From positions 16,596-80,595 of the forward strand of contig NZ_JAVWFO010000001.1 of the NCBI RefSeq assembly GCF_036641015.1: DNA of 64,000 nucleotides. Reading direction: 5' to 3'. Every line of letters begins with the position of its first letter. Positions within the stretch are counted from its first letter, which is position 1. The translations under genes were made by a program, and so were the position numbers. Shown here one piece after another: positions 52,462 to 62,681 of the stretch. Under the pieces are notes generated by a model that did not search any database, had not been told where the DNA came from, and saw nothing but the letters and a program-made list of their open reading frames with translations. The DNA comes from Anaerorhabdus sp. GTDB taxonomy: Bacteria > Bacillota_I > Bacilli_A > Erysipelotrichales > Erysipelotrichaceae.

Positions 52462-53133
52462 TTAGTTGAAGTTTTTATCGAATTTTTTAAATACTGTATT
52501 ATCCGCAATAACTAACAAACGATCATCCAATTCAATTACGTAATCTGCATTAGGTGAAATTGATAAATGTTCTTTTGGTTTTTTACGTATTCCTAAGATA
52601 TTTATTCCATATTTTGCACGTAAGTTTAAATCCTTAAGTGGCTTACCAACCCAAATTTCTGGTGCAATAATTTCTACTACACTATACTCTGAATCAATAT
52701 CTATTAAATCAACAATATTCTTTGATACTAATTGTTTGGCAACACGTTCACCCATTTCCTTTTCAGGACGGATAACACGGTCAGCACCAATTTTTTCAAA
52801 TATTTGCATATACTTCTTATTTTTTGCCTTAGCTAAAATATAAGGAACACCTAATTCTTTTAGATTCATTATTGCCATAATACTATCTTCCAAGTGTGAT
52901 CCTGTAGCAACTACTGCGACATCACAGTCCTGAATTCCAATAGCACGTAATTGTTCGATATCAGTAATATCCGCTTGTACGGCATTAGTAACATATTCAG
53001 CAACACGATCAACACAAGTAATATCACTATCCACTGCGATTACTTCATAGTTGTAGTCTGATAATGTTTTAGAAATTGTTGAACCAAATATTCCTAATCC
53101 TAAGATTGCATATGTTTTTGTTTTGTTTGACAT
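52462..53133 (-). CDS. ktrA: Ktr/Trk K+ uptake regulatory subunit
   Basis: GLGIFG RCK_N, PEKEMG, RCK_C. Confidence 0.9.
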   Translation of the reverse strand: MSNKTKTYAILGLGIFGSTISKTLSDYNYEVIAVDSDITCVDRVAEYVTNAVQADITDIEQLRAIGIQDCDVAVVATGSHLEDSIMAIMNLKELGVPYILAKAKNKKYMQIFEKIGADRVIRPEKEMGERVAKQLVSKNIVDLIDIDSEYSVVEIIAPEIWVGKPLKDLNLRAKYGINILGIRKKPKEHLSISPNADYVIELDDRLLVIADNTVFKKFDKNFN

Positions 53134-53142
53134 AGTTTTCTC

Positions 53143-54543
53143 CTAACCTATTAAAATGTCCCCGTGTGCATACGATACTTCGTTTGTTAATTTCTTACGC
53201 GAATTAACCCTAAATATTAATACTACAATTGTTATTGGTCCAACACGACCGATAAACATTAAAGCGATAATGACCAGTTTACCAACTACCGAAAGTAGTG
53301 GTGTTAAATCCATTGATAGCCCTACAGTTGCGATTGCCGAGAAACATTCAAATATAATCGCTAAGAATGGCGCAGTCTCAGAAATACATAACACAATAAT
53401 CGCAATAACTAATGCTGTCAAGTAGATAATAGTAACAACGTAAGCTTTCATAAAGTTTACACGTGGTATATCTCTTTTCATTACATTAATATGATTATCA
53501 TTTCTTAAAATAAATAATACAAATATAAATAACATTGCAAATGTAGTGGTTTTAATACCCCCAGCAGTTCCTCCAGGTGATCCACCAATAAACATATATA
53601 AGCACATAATAAATTGAGTAGCTGGTTTTAATGCTGCAATAGGCAGCGTAGCAAAACCTGCTGTTCTCAATGTAGTTGATTGGAAGAATGAAGCCATCCA
53701 CTTACTACTTTCACTTAAAGGTCCAAGTGTTGCTGGATTATTATGTTCTAATAAATAGATAATCACAGTTCCGGATAATAATAACCCAACAGTCATAAGT
53801 AATACAACTTTTGTATGTACCGATAACGTACTAATAAACTTCCTAAAGTTTTTACGCTTTGCGAATAAATCACCAATATTTTTACGTAAATCTAACCAAA
53901 CTACAAATCCAATACCACCAGTAATGATTAGTCCAGCCACCGTAAAGTTAATTAGTGGATCATTAACGAATGGTATTAAACTTGAGTGAGTTATATTATC
54001 AAGTCCAGCATTACAAAATGCTGATACAGATAAGAAAATAGAATTGAAGATACCATGAAACCAACCATATTCAGGTACAAATTTAGTAGCGAATAACAAG
54101 AATCCAATAGTTTCAAATATCAAAGTGTATAAAACAATACTCCTAATAAACTTAGGAATATCTTTCATATCATTCTTAGATAATGAATCTTGAATAATTT
54201 TTTTCTCACCTAAAAATATTTTATGTTTCATAAGTGAAAGCATTAATGTTAGTAATGTCATCAATCCAAGTCCACCAACTTGCATCAAACCGATAATTAC
54301 AATTTGCCCCCACATATTATATTGACTTAAAATAGAATATGGGACAAGACCAGTAACACATGTAGCACTCGTCGAAACGAATAAATGATCAATAAATGGC
54401 TTTGGAACGCCAACATTGGCAAATGGAAAACTTAATAGAATAGCTCCAGTTAAAATAACAAATGCAAAACTAAGAGCAATCATTGCCATTGGACCAACTT
54501 TTTTAAATAGTATTTGTCGTATAGACATATTAGATTTATCCAT
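53143..54543 (-). CDS. ktrB: Ktr/Trk K+ uptake membrane subunit
   Basis: SATCVTGL, SAFCNAG, RTAGF, GGTAGGIKTTT, TVGLS. Confidence 0.92.
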   Translation of the reverse strand: MDKSNMSIRQILFKKVGPMAMIALSFAFVILTGAILLSFPFANVGVPKPFIDHLFVSTSATCVTGLVPYSILSQYNMWGQIVIIGLMQVGGLGLMTLLTLMLSLMKHKIFLGEKKIIQDSLSKNDMKDIPKFIRSIVLYTLIFETIGFLLFATKFVPEYGWFHGIFNSIFLSVSAFCNAGLDNITHSSLIPFVNDPLINFTVAGLIITGGIGFVVWLDLRKNIGDLFAKRKNFRKFISTLSVHTKVVLLMTVGLLLSGTVIIYLLEHNNPATLGPLSESSKWMASFFQSTTLRTAGFATLPIAALKPATQFIMCLYMFIGGSPGGTAGGIKTTTFAMLFIFVLFILRNDNHINVMKRDIPRVNFMKAYVVTIIYLTALVIAIIVLCISETAPFLAIIFECFSAIATVGLSMDLTPLLSVVGKLVIIALMFIGRVGPITIVVLIFRVNSRKKLTNEVSYAHGDILIG

Positions 54544-54692
54544 AATATCCCCTTTAATCTATAGCAAATATTAGTTTACTCCTTTATAAATAAAAATCAA
54601 CATATACCGTATTAGTTAAACCTTTCACAAAGAATTAAAAGTATACATATCCTTATCTTTATGATATAGTGTTCCTTTGGAGAAAATAAACT

Positions 54693-56606
54693 ATGAAATT
54701 TAACGAATTACAATTATCAAAAGAAATGCTTCGTGCAATTCAAGATTGCGGGTATAACGAAGCTACTTATATCCAAAGTGCATGTATACCTGTTATTTTA
54801 ACAGGTGGCGACATTTTAGGACAATCACAAACAGGAACTGGTAAAACAGCTGCTTTTGGCATACCATTAATCGAAGAATTAAAAATTACTGATCACAAGA
54901 GACCTCAAGCGCTAATCCTTACCCCTACTCGTGAACTTGCTTTACAAGTAGTAGAAGAAATCCGTAAGTTTGCAAAATACAAAGAAGGTCTTAAAACAGT
55001 TTGTCTATACGGGGGAACTCCTATAGTTAAACAAATTCAAGATCTTAAGAAAGGTTGTGACATCGTTGTTGGATGTCCAGGACGTGTTCTAGACCATTTA
55101 CGCAGACATACATTAAAGATGGAAAACTGTAATAAACTAGTCTTAGATGAAGCAGATGAAATGCTTAACATGGGATTTAGAGAAGATATTGAATCAATTA
55201 TTAACGAATTACCAGAAGAAAGACAAACTATTCTTTTCTCTGCAACAATGCCTAAGGCAATTCTAGAAATCACTAGAACTTACCAAACTAACCCTGTTCA
55301 TATTAAAACACCAGTAACTGAACTTACTGCTGCAAAAATCGAACAAGTAGTTTATGAATGTAAGCAAAGTGACAAACGTGAAGTATTAATTCAATTAATT
55401 GAATTACAACGTCCTAATCTAGCAATGATCTTCTGTAACACTAAGAAAATGGTTGATGATTTAACAAGCGAATTGGTGGCTAAAGGATATCCTGCCGCTG
55501 CAATCCATGGTGACATGAAGCAAGAAGCTCGTGCCAACGTTATGGAACGCTTCAAGAAGAAGAAGATTAATATCCTAGTAGCAACTGACGTTGCAGCTCG
55601 TGGTATCGATGTAGACAGCATGGATGTTGTTTATAACTTCGATTTCCCTCAAGAAGCTGAATACTATGTTCATCGTATCGGTAGAACTGCACGTGCTGGT
55701 AAAGAAGGATTAGCTGTTACTTTATTAACTGCTAGACAAAGAAATTTAGTTAGAGAACTTGAACGTACAACAAAAGCTAAGATTGAAGTTAAACCTTTAC
55801 CTAGCCAAAAGATGATTCGTGAGGTACGTACTAATCAAGTTAAACAAGATATTAACAACATGTTAAATACTTCAGTTACAAAAGAAATCGAAGAATTAGT
55901 AAATGAATTCATCGGACAAGGATTTAGTGAAAGAGAATTAGCGCTAGCTCTAGCTAACAATATGTTCTCATCAACTTTATTAGTTGAAATTAAAACTCCT
56001 CAAAAGGAACCAAATTCACTACGTGTAAACTCTAAAGATAAAACAACTCTTGAAATCAATGTTGGTAACCGTCACAAAGTAAGTCCTGCTCATATCTTAA
56101 GTGCTATAGCAGAAGCTACTGGATTAAGTGGTAAAGACATTGGAAAGATCAACATTGGTGAACGTTCTACTACAGTAGATGTTCCAAAAGAAGTTGTATC
56201 TAGTATCCTTAATGATTTAAAGAATACTACAATTAAAGGTTATAATATCGAAGTAACTGAACTAGGTAGTTCAAATTCAAGATCAAGTAAAGATAGAAAC
56301 TTTAGTGGCGAAAGAAGCTCAAGTCGTGATAGAGGCACTAGAGATAGAAGTTCTGGAAGAGAAAGAAGTTTCTCTAGAGATAAAAAATCAAGTGATGATA
56401 AGCCAGCTAGAGAAAGAAGTTTCTCTAGAGACAAAAAATCAAGTGATGATAAACCAGCTAGAGAAAGAAGTTTCTCTAGAGACAAAAAATCAAGTGATGA
56501 TAAGCCAACTAGAGAAAGAAGTTTCTCTAGAACTAAGAAATCAAGTGATGACAAACCAGTTAGAGAAAGAAAAAGTACACCTGATAGAAAGAAGAAACAA
56601 GATTAA
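54693..56606 (+). CDS. DEAD-box RNA helicase (DeaD/CshA-like) with DbpA-type RBD and repetitive tail
   Basis: QTGTGKT, PTRELA, DEAD, SAT, ARGID, HRIGRTAR. Confidence 0.95.
   Translation: MKFNELQLSKEMLRAIQDCGYNEATYIQSACIPVILTGGDILGQSQTGTGKTAAFGIPLIEELKITDHKRPQALILTPTRELALQVVEEIRKFAKYKEGLKTVCLYGGTPIVKQIQDLKKGCDIVVGCPGRVLDHLRRHTLKMENCNKLVLDEADEMLNMGFREDIESIINELPEERQTILFSATMPKAILEITRTYQTNPVHIKTPVTELTAAKIEQVVYECKQSDKREVLIQLIELQRPNLAMIFCNTKKMVDDLTSELVAKGYPAAAIHGDMKQEARANVMERFKKKKINILVATDVAARGIDVDSMDVVYNFDFPQEAEYYVHRIGRTARAGKEGLAVTLLTARQRNLVRELERTTKAKIEVKPLPSQKMIREVRTNQVKQDINNMLNTSVTKEIEELVNEFIGQGFSERELALALANNMFSSTLLVEIKTPQKEPNSLRVNSKDKTTLEINVGNRHKVSPAHILSAIAEATGLSGKDIGKINIGERSTTVDVPKEVVSSILNDLKNTTIKGYNIEVTELGSSNSRSSKDRNFSGERSSSRDRGTRDRSSGRERSFSRDKKSSDDKPARERSFSRDKKSSDDKPARERSFSRDKKSSDDKPTRERSFSRTKKSSDDKPVRERKSTPDRKKKQD
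56358..56570 (+). repeat. Coding 51-bp tandem repeat x4 plus partial (RERSFSRDKKSSDDKPA)
   Basis: Units start at 56358, 56409, 56460, 56511; partial at 56562. Confidence 0.95.
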
Positions 56607-56645
56607 TGTTTCTTCTTTTTTTTGTTTATTAGTCAAAAAAAGAAA

Positions 56646-56672
56646 AACATCTAGCAAAGCTTACTAGATGTT
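56646..56672. terminator. Terminator between convergent helicase and rubrerythrin
   Basis: AACATCTAG..CTAGATGTT hairpin. Confidence 0.7.
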
Positions 56673-56680
56673 CAAATAAA

Positions 56681-57223
56681 TTAATAATTTGTTGGATGAA
56701 CCATGAAGTATGATTTAGGATGAGTACATACTGGACAAACTTCAGGGGCATTTTTACCAATATATAAATGTCCACAGTTACGACATTCCCAAACAGTATC
56801 TTCTTTCTTAACAAATACTTCACCATTTTCAATATTAGCTAATAATTTGTTATAACGTTCTTCATGTGTTTTTTCAATGGCAGCTACTCCGCGCATTGTT
56901 TCAGCAATTTCAGGGAAACCTTCTTCATCCGCCTCATCTGCCATTCGTGCATACATATCAGTCCATTCATAATTTTCACCAGCAGCAGCATCTTTCAAAT
57001 TTTCCATTGTATCACCAACACCATGGAATAATTTAAACCATAATTTTGCATGTTCTTTTTCATTTTCTGCAGTTTGTAAAAATAATGCAGCTATTTGTTC
57101 ATAACCTTCTTTTTTAGCTTTGCTAGCATAATAAGTATACTTGTTACGAGCTTGGCTTTCGCCAGAGAATGCATCCATTAAATTCTTTTCAGTCTTTGTT
57201 CCTTTTAAGTCTTTCATTTTCAT
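56681..57223 (-). CDS. rbr: Rubrerythrin
   Basis: [31 protein letters not shown]. Confidence 0.95.
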   Translation of the reverse strand: MKMKDLKGTKTEKNLMDAFSGESQARNKYTYYASKAKKEGYEQIAALFLQTAENEKEHAKLWFKLFHGVGDTMENLKDAAAGENYEWTDMYARMADEADEEGFPEIAETMRGVAAIEKTHEERYNKLLANIENGEVFVKKEDTVWECRNCGHLYIGKNAPEVCPVCTHPKSYFMVHPTNY

Positions 57224-57271
57224 CTCTCCTTTTTCTTATTATAACTCAATTTTATATAGATAAAGCATTAT

Positions 57272-58093
57272 TTATCCAAATGCTACATCTAAAATCATCA
57301 TAATCACAAAGCCAACAATACATCCCATTGTAGAGAAATGCGTTGCTTCATGACCACCCGTTTGACTCTCAGGTATCAATTCTTCAGTCACAACGTAAAT
57401 CATTGCTCCTGCTGCAAATGCTAATGCGTAAGGTAAAATAGGTCTTACTGCAGTTACTAGGAATGCCCCAATAACCGCTGATATTGGTTCAACCAAACCA
57501 CTTGCTTGACCATAAAGAAATGATTTTGTACGTGACAACCCTTCTTTTCTCAATGGAATTGAAACTGCTGCTCCTTCAGGAAAATTTTGAATTCCAATCC
57601 CTAATGCAACTGTGAAAGCTGCCATTAATTCTGGAACACTAGCATGTTGTGCTAACGCACCAAATGCCACACCTACTGCTAAACCTTCTGGAATATTGTG
57701 TAGTGTAATTGAGAACACAAGCAAGATACTTCTCTTCAGTTTTGTATGAATACCTTCTTCATGATGCGTTTTATCTTGAAAGTGCATATGAGGAATTGTA
57801 TGATCAGATATCCACAAGAAGATTCCACCAGCCAAAAACCCAATTGCCACTACTATCCAAGCAGTCATATTTAATTCTTCCGCCATATCAACTGCAGGAG
57901 CCAATAGCGAAAAGAAACTAGCCGCAATCATTACTCCAGACGCAAAACCTAACATGCCATTTAATACCTTTTGATTAATATCTTTAAAGAAAAATACTAA
58001 AGCTGCACCTAAAGCTGTCATAAACCATGTAAATAACGATGCACATAGTGCCAAAGCTATAGGACCCATTGTTATTAGTTGTTCTAAACCCAT
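57272..58093 (-). CDS. ZIP family metal transporter
   Basis: HNIPEGLAVG, QNFPEG, His-rich loop; start at ATG 58093 after GGAGGA. Confidence 0.92.
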   Translation of the reverse strand: MGLEQLITMGPIALALCASLFTWFMTALGAALVFFFKDINQKVLNGMLGFASGVMIAASFFSLLAPAVDMAEELNMTAWIVVAIGFLAGGIFLWISDHTIPHMHFQDKTHHEEGIHTKLKRSILLVFSITLHNIPEGLAVGVAFGALAQHASVPELMAAFTVALGIGIQNFPEGAAVSIPLRKEGLSRTKSFLYGQASGLVEPISAVIGAFLVTAVRPILPYALAFAAGAMIYVVTEELIPESQTGGHEATHFSTMGCIVGFVIMMILDVAFG

Positions 58094-58162
58094 AATATAT
58101 CCTCCACTATTATTATTGATATTAAGTATCAAAAAGGCAAGCGATATGCTTTAATATTTATT

Positions 58163-58615
58163 TCATAAACACTTTTCCATCACAAAATTTGTAAGGAAAA
58201 TCCCTTTTCTTTCAACTTGTTGTTCTTTTATTAAATTATAACCACGTTTCATGAAAAATGGTTTTGCTGTAATCGATGCATGTGTTGTTATCACATTATT
58301 TATTACATTTTTTTCCAATTCATCACACAACATCGTTGCGATACCTTGTCTTTGATAATCTTTATGAACATACAAATAGTCAAGATAACCTGTTTGATCA
58401 ATATCTCCAAACCCCACAATACAATCGTCACTTACCACTACCAAAGTTATATGATTCATAAATGAACGATTCATTTTTTCCAAATCTACCTCATTCGTTG
58501 CCCATGCATTTACTTGTTGTTCATTATAATCTTTTAAATTAATAGAATGAACAGTATCAAAAAATAATCGATATAAATAGAAACAATCACTTGGTTCATA
58601 TTTTCTTATATACAT
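58163..58615 (-). CDS. GNAT acetyltransferase (YafP-like)
   Basis: LYVHKDYQRQGIA, ASITAKPFF. Confidence 0.88.
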   Translation of the reverse strand: MYIRKYEPSDCFYLYRLFFDTVHSINLKDYNEQQVNAWATNEVDLEKMNRSFMNHITLVVVSDDCIVGFGDIDQTGYLDYLYVHKDYQRQGIATMLCDELEKNVINNVITTHASITAKPFFMKRGYNLIKEQQVERKGIFLTNFVMEKCL

Positions 58616-58749
58616 ACTTACCACCTTTAACACTAAAACTTAATCCTTGTATAATACTCCAATTCATCTTCATGATGAATAATTGCATTATAACACATAA
58701 AAACCATCTATTTTGAAGTGAATAGATGGTTCTTTGCATTTTAATATAA

Positions 58750-60348
58750 TCAATACAACTCGTAGAATTTCCTAACCCCTATTTTTTTTAGGTAAATCCA
58801 TATACCCAAATTAATAAATAGAATTGCAATGATTAGTAACATGATGAAGATATATTCACCAATTGCAGGAGCAATGTTAATATAAGCAAAAACGATTAAA
58901 GCTCCAACAACCATTCCACCTAGTATCGCTACAAATGAACTAGTACTTTGTTTAATTACAAGTATTTCTCTATCAAATTCAAGTTTAGGAAAATTAATAT
59001 TTATAAAAACACCTAATAATCCAATTAAAATACCCATTAAAAATATCAACACTAATCCCATAATTATTTCAAGCAACGTAAACCCTAAACCAAGGCTGAT
59101 CAATATAAATCCAATAGATGAAGGTAGCCATATTATTATAGCATTTGCCAATGCTTTAGAAATGAAGATAGTCTCAGTTGACACAGGTAAAGTTTTAGTT
59201 ATCCAAAACTGTTTACCCTCTAGTGATATACTAACAGCTGCTGTTGGTGTCATAAATGCAAATAAACAAATTGCTGTACAAACTAATCCAAATAATGTCG
59301 GTAAAATATCGAAACCTAATAACTCAAATTGTTTTAAGCCATCCATAATTAAACTTTTATTAAGTAATAAATAAACACCACCAATAACAAGCATAACTTG
59401 CCCCATGCCCATGTTCATAAAATACATCATATTAGATGTAAACTTACTTAACTCTTTCAAACATAATGCTAATAATGGTGATTTACCACCTTCTTTTCTT
59501 AGTTTGAAATTCTTGTTTTTATAACCAGTTTGAACGGTACTATTAATTTTTACAAACGTTCTACTAAACACAAGTACAAACACCATAAACACAACTACAT
59601 TTATCAGGATTGATAATAACAATTCAAAAATATTACCAGTAATACAACTATGAACATATAAGTAAATTGGATATAAATATGTTTTGATATAACCTATTAT
59701 ATTTGTCACAACATCGATAGAAATAACAGTTTCTTCAACTGACGATAATGAAAACGAGAAAATCATAATAGCACCAAACATTATAATTGAACCTAGATTT
59801 ACAAATAAGTTTTTATATTTTCCATTACCTGCAACTTTACGAATAAAGAACGCAATCATACTAGACAAAGTAATAGGAATTAATATATTAAAGAACATCC
59901 CAACAACACCTAATAGATAAAACAAAATTCCCATTGATTGTAAATATCCATATACAAGCAATGCAGGTAACATTATTAATATACTATACATTAACATAAT
60001 TGCTACAAATGAAATTACCTTAGCTAAGAATACTGTTGTTCTTGATATTGGCCATGTCATTAGCATTTCAAAATCTCTAAATTGAAATAATTGTCCTTGT
60101 GCTGTTGTAATTGAAAAGATGAAAATAATCAACACAGAAACAGTTGCCATTGAGTATAAAACCAATTCTTTATTACCAACAGGTAAACTAGAATAAATAC
60201 CAAAGCTATAAACTGTTGAAGCAAAAATCATTGAAGCAACAATAACAAACAACAAAATTTTACTAGACAAAGTTCCAGACCCAGCTTTAGTGGTATTACT
60301 TGTCATTATTGCTAATTGTATTTTTGCAATTTCAAAAAATTTTTTCAT
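58750..60348 (-). CDS. ABC-2 type permease
   Basis: Many TMs, ISLEGKQFW..LPV motif, coupled to ABC ATPase. Confidence 0.82.
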   Translation of the reverse strand: MKKFFEIAKIQLAIMTSNTTKAGSGTLSSKILLFVIVASMIFASTVYSFGIYSSLPVGNKELVLYSMATVSVLIIFIFSITTAQGQLFQFRDFEMLMTWPISRTTVFLAKVISFVAIMLMYSILIMLPALLVYGYLQSMGILFYLLGVVGMFFNILIPITLSSMIAFFIRKVAGNGKYKNLFVNLGSIIMFGAIMIFSFSLSSVEETVISIDVVTNIIGYIKTYLYPIYLYVHSCITGNIFELLLSILINVVVFMVFVLVFSRTFVKINSTVQTGYKNKNFKLRKEGGKSPLLALCLKELSKFTSNMMYFMNMGMGQVMLVIGGVYLLLNKSLIMDGLKQFELLGFDILPTLFGLVCTAICLFAFMTPTAAVSISLEGKQFWITKTLPVSTETIFISKALANAIIIWLPSSIGFILISLGLGFTLLEIIMGLVLIFLMGILIGLLGVFININFPKLEFDREILVIKQSTSSFVAILGGMVVGALIVFAYINIAPAIGEYIFIMLLIIAILFINLGIWIYLKKIGVRKFYELY

Positions 60349-61049
60349 TACTCTAAACCTAGGAAGATTTCTTCTAATGATTCATTACGAATAATTTCAT
60401 CCGTTTCCCCTTGCAATACAATTGCTCCATCTTTTAATATAGCTACTTTATCACATAGCTTCTCTACTACTTCCAATACATGAGAGGAAAAGAATATTGA
60501 ACAACCCTCATCACAGATTTTACGCATTCTCTTTTTTAATGTAAATGCCGCCTTAGGATCCAACCCTACAAATGGCTCATCTAGAATAAGCAATTTAGGT
60601 TTATGTACAAACGCCGCAATCAAAGCTAGCTTTTGTTTCATACCGTGAGAATAAGAACTTATAGAATCTCCTAAATTAGTATCAAATTCTAATTCTTTAG
60701 ATAATTCTTGAATTCTTTCATAACGATCTTCATTTGGTATACTATATAAATCACAAATAAAATTAATATATTTAATACCTGTTAAATGCTCATATAAATC
60801 TGGGTTATCAGGTATATATGCAAGTATTTGCTTACAAGCAATTGGATCTTTCTTAATATTTTTACCATCAATTAATATTTCACCACGCTCAAAATCTAGA
60901 ATACCTACAATGCTTTTTATAGTTGTTGTTTTCCCTGCACCATTGTGACCAATAAACCCAAATATTTCTCCACTTTTAACTTCGATGTTGATACCTTTAA
61001 CAATTTCTTTTTGTCCATATGATTTATGGAAATCTTTAATTTCTAACAT
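60348..61049 (-). CDS. ABC transporter ATP-binding protein
   Basis: GHNGAGKTT, YSHGM, LDEP. Confidence 0.93.
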   Translation of the reverse strand: MLEIKDFHKSYGQKEIVKGINIEVKSGEIFGFIGHNGAGKTTTIKSIVGILDFERGEILIDGKNIKKDPIACKQILAYIPDNPDLYEHLTGIKYINFICDLYSIPNEDRYERIQELSKELEFDTNLGDSISSYSHGMKQKLALIAAFVHKPKLLILDEPFVGLDPKAAFTLKKRMRKICDEGCSIFFSSHVLEVVEKLCDKVAILKDGAIVLQGETDEIIRNESLEEIFLGLE

Positions 61050-61064
61050 TTTATCCCTCTTTCA

Positions 61065-61736
61065 CTAAGCCTTTTTGCTCATTTGAAAATAAATTAAAAC
61101 CGTATAAATTAACACTATTAAAATAGTTCCTATTAGAATATACATTGTAAATACTTCGTTTAAGAAAATTGAAAACAAATAAATAATTCCAATTATAAAC
61201 AATATATATCCAAATACAGTGTAGTGCCTTTTACGTAAATCCGGGTCCATATTATAATAATTTTTAATAAATCCTAGTCCTGTTAAATTGCCATTCAGCA
61301 TCACTTTAGTTCGATAATATCCACTTGTCTTAGGCATATAATTACCTATTAAAATAAATAATATTCCCAAAAACACTAACATAATTCTTCTTAAATCTAA
61401 TTGAATACCCATTGTTATTCCCATACTAAGCAAATATACAATAATACTTGTTAACGGTATAACCGATTTAAATATATATTCAACTTTAGGTGTCTTAAGC
61501 CCATTATTTACAACATCATTTTTATAACAAAGATACACTTGTAATAACGCCATTAAAATTGGTAATAGAAACACAAAATAATTTTTTTGCATGTAACTAT
61601 CTGGTTCGCCTTTAAAGTTAAAGTGAATTGCTACCATTTCAGGTAATTCGCTGTAATAATAGGCCCCAATAAGTATTGGCGCTAAGCAAAGTAAACTCGT
61701 AATAATAAGTGTTTTCCATTTTACATTACTCATCAT
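61065..61736 (-). CDS. SdpI-like / DUF1648 membrane protein
   Basis: LPEMVAIHFNFKGEPD, IGNYMPK, ~6 TMs. Confidence 0.82.
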   Translation of the reverse strand: MMSNVKWKTLIITSLLCLAPILIGAYYYSELPEMVAIHFNFKGEPDSYMQKNYFVFLLPILMALLQVYLCYKNDVVNNGLKTPKVEYIFKSVIPLTSIIVYLLSMGITMGIQLDLRRIMLVFLGILFILIGNYMPKTSGYYRTKVMLNGNLTGLGFIKNYYNMDPDLRKRHYTVFGYILFIIGIIYLFSIFLNEVFTMYILIGTILIVLIYTVLIYFQMSKKA

Positions 61737-61737
61737 T

Positions 61738-61998
61738 CTATCCTCCTAATTGCTGTATCCACATCAAAATATCTTCAAAAACAGATAAGTTTATCTCATA
61801 ATAAATAAAGTTTTTTTGCTTCTCTTCATTTACTAATCCAGCTTTTTTGAGTTGAGATAAGTGATATGAAACAGTTGCATTTGTTAAGTCAAATTTTTCT
61901 GCAATATCTCCTGCTGACATTTTTCCATTCTTTAGTAGTTCTAAAATATTTCTCCTTATCGGATCGGAAATTGCTTTTAAAGTATCATTTATACTCAT
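61738..61998 (-). CDS. ArsR family autorepressor, SdpR-like
   Basis: KAISDPIRRNILELL..MSAGDIA..SYHLSQLK..KNFIYY. Confidence 0.88.
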   Translation of the reverse strand: MSINDTLKAISDPIRRNILELLKNGKMSAGDIAEKFDLTNATVSYHLSQLKKAGLVNEEKQKNFIYYEINLSVFEDILMWIQQLGG

Positions 61999-62015
61999 CC
62001 TCTTTCATCACCACC

Positions 62016-62092
62016 TATTTAGATAACTTTCTAAATACATTATGAACCTTATTTTCAAAAAATCAATATCTATTTCGAAATATTTCTAAATA
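62016..62092. promoter_or_regulatory. Two palindromic operators for the SdpR-like repressor
   Basis: TATTTAGATAACTTTCTAAATA (62016-62037) and TATTTCGAAATATTTCTAAATA (62071-62092). Confidence 0.75.
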
Positions 62093-62114
62093 GAAAAAAA
62101 GTAGGTTTCCCTAC

Positions 62115-62618
62115 TTAAATTGTGTTTAAAAATTTTTTTGTATCATTATCATTTTTACATTCTATAAATTTATGATGATATTTTTTTTGAATGTTTTTAT
62201 AAAGATTTCTTATTTTTTTATTTCATCCATTAAATAATATCCACATAATGAATTCAATATCAATTTTCTCTATACAACCTTCTGTTATGGAGTCACGAGA
62301 TTTACCTCTATTCTGAAAATATCGATTAAATGCTCTAATTAAGCATATTCTTCTTGGATAATTCATATAAACTATTTTATCTGCATCTTCTAATCTTCTA
62401 TCCATTTGAAAAGAAAAGTAATTACCATCAATAATCCACGATTGTTGATTGAGCGACTCTTCTACAAGTATTTCTTTGTCTTCTTGACTTCGTTCTTTCC
62501 AATTTTCAATGAATTGTATTTTGTCATAATGACAACAAGGGATATTCAATAAATTTGAACATTGTTTAGCAAGCGTAGATTTTCCAGATCCACTGTAACC
62601 AATAATTGCAATTTTCAT
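62115..62618 (-). pseudogene. Topology modulation protein / adenylate-kinase-like P-loop protein with premature TGA
   Basis: GYSGSGKST, WIIDGNY; TGA at 62223-62225 followed by 35 more in-frame sense codons to TAA at 62115. Confidence 0.75.
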
Positions 62619-62681
62619 TCACCATCACCTCAAGTAAATAGTATTATAATTCAAAGTAATCAATCTAACAAGAAAAAGCGA

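Noticed and set aside
56240-56667. Alternative-frame ORFs 56240-56554(-) and 56305-56667(+)
   Set aside because: By-products of the 51-bp repeat within the helicase gene
2535-59374. Numerous 60-120 aa ORFs antisense or out of frame within long genes
   Set aside because: Shadow ORFs without SD or motifs, overlapping well-supported genes
34011-62225. UGA recoding (Mollicutes-style Trp) suggested by in-frame TGA in two broken genes
   Set aside because: Intact genes such as lon and the dCMP deaminase end in TGA, and Trp is encoded by TGG in the conserved genes
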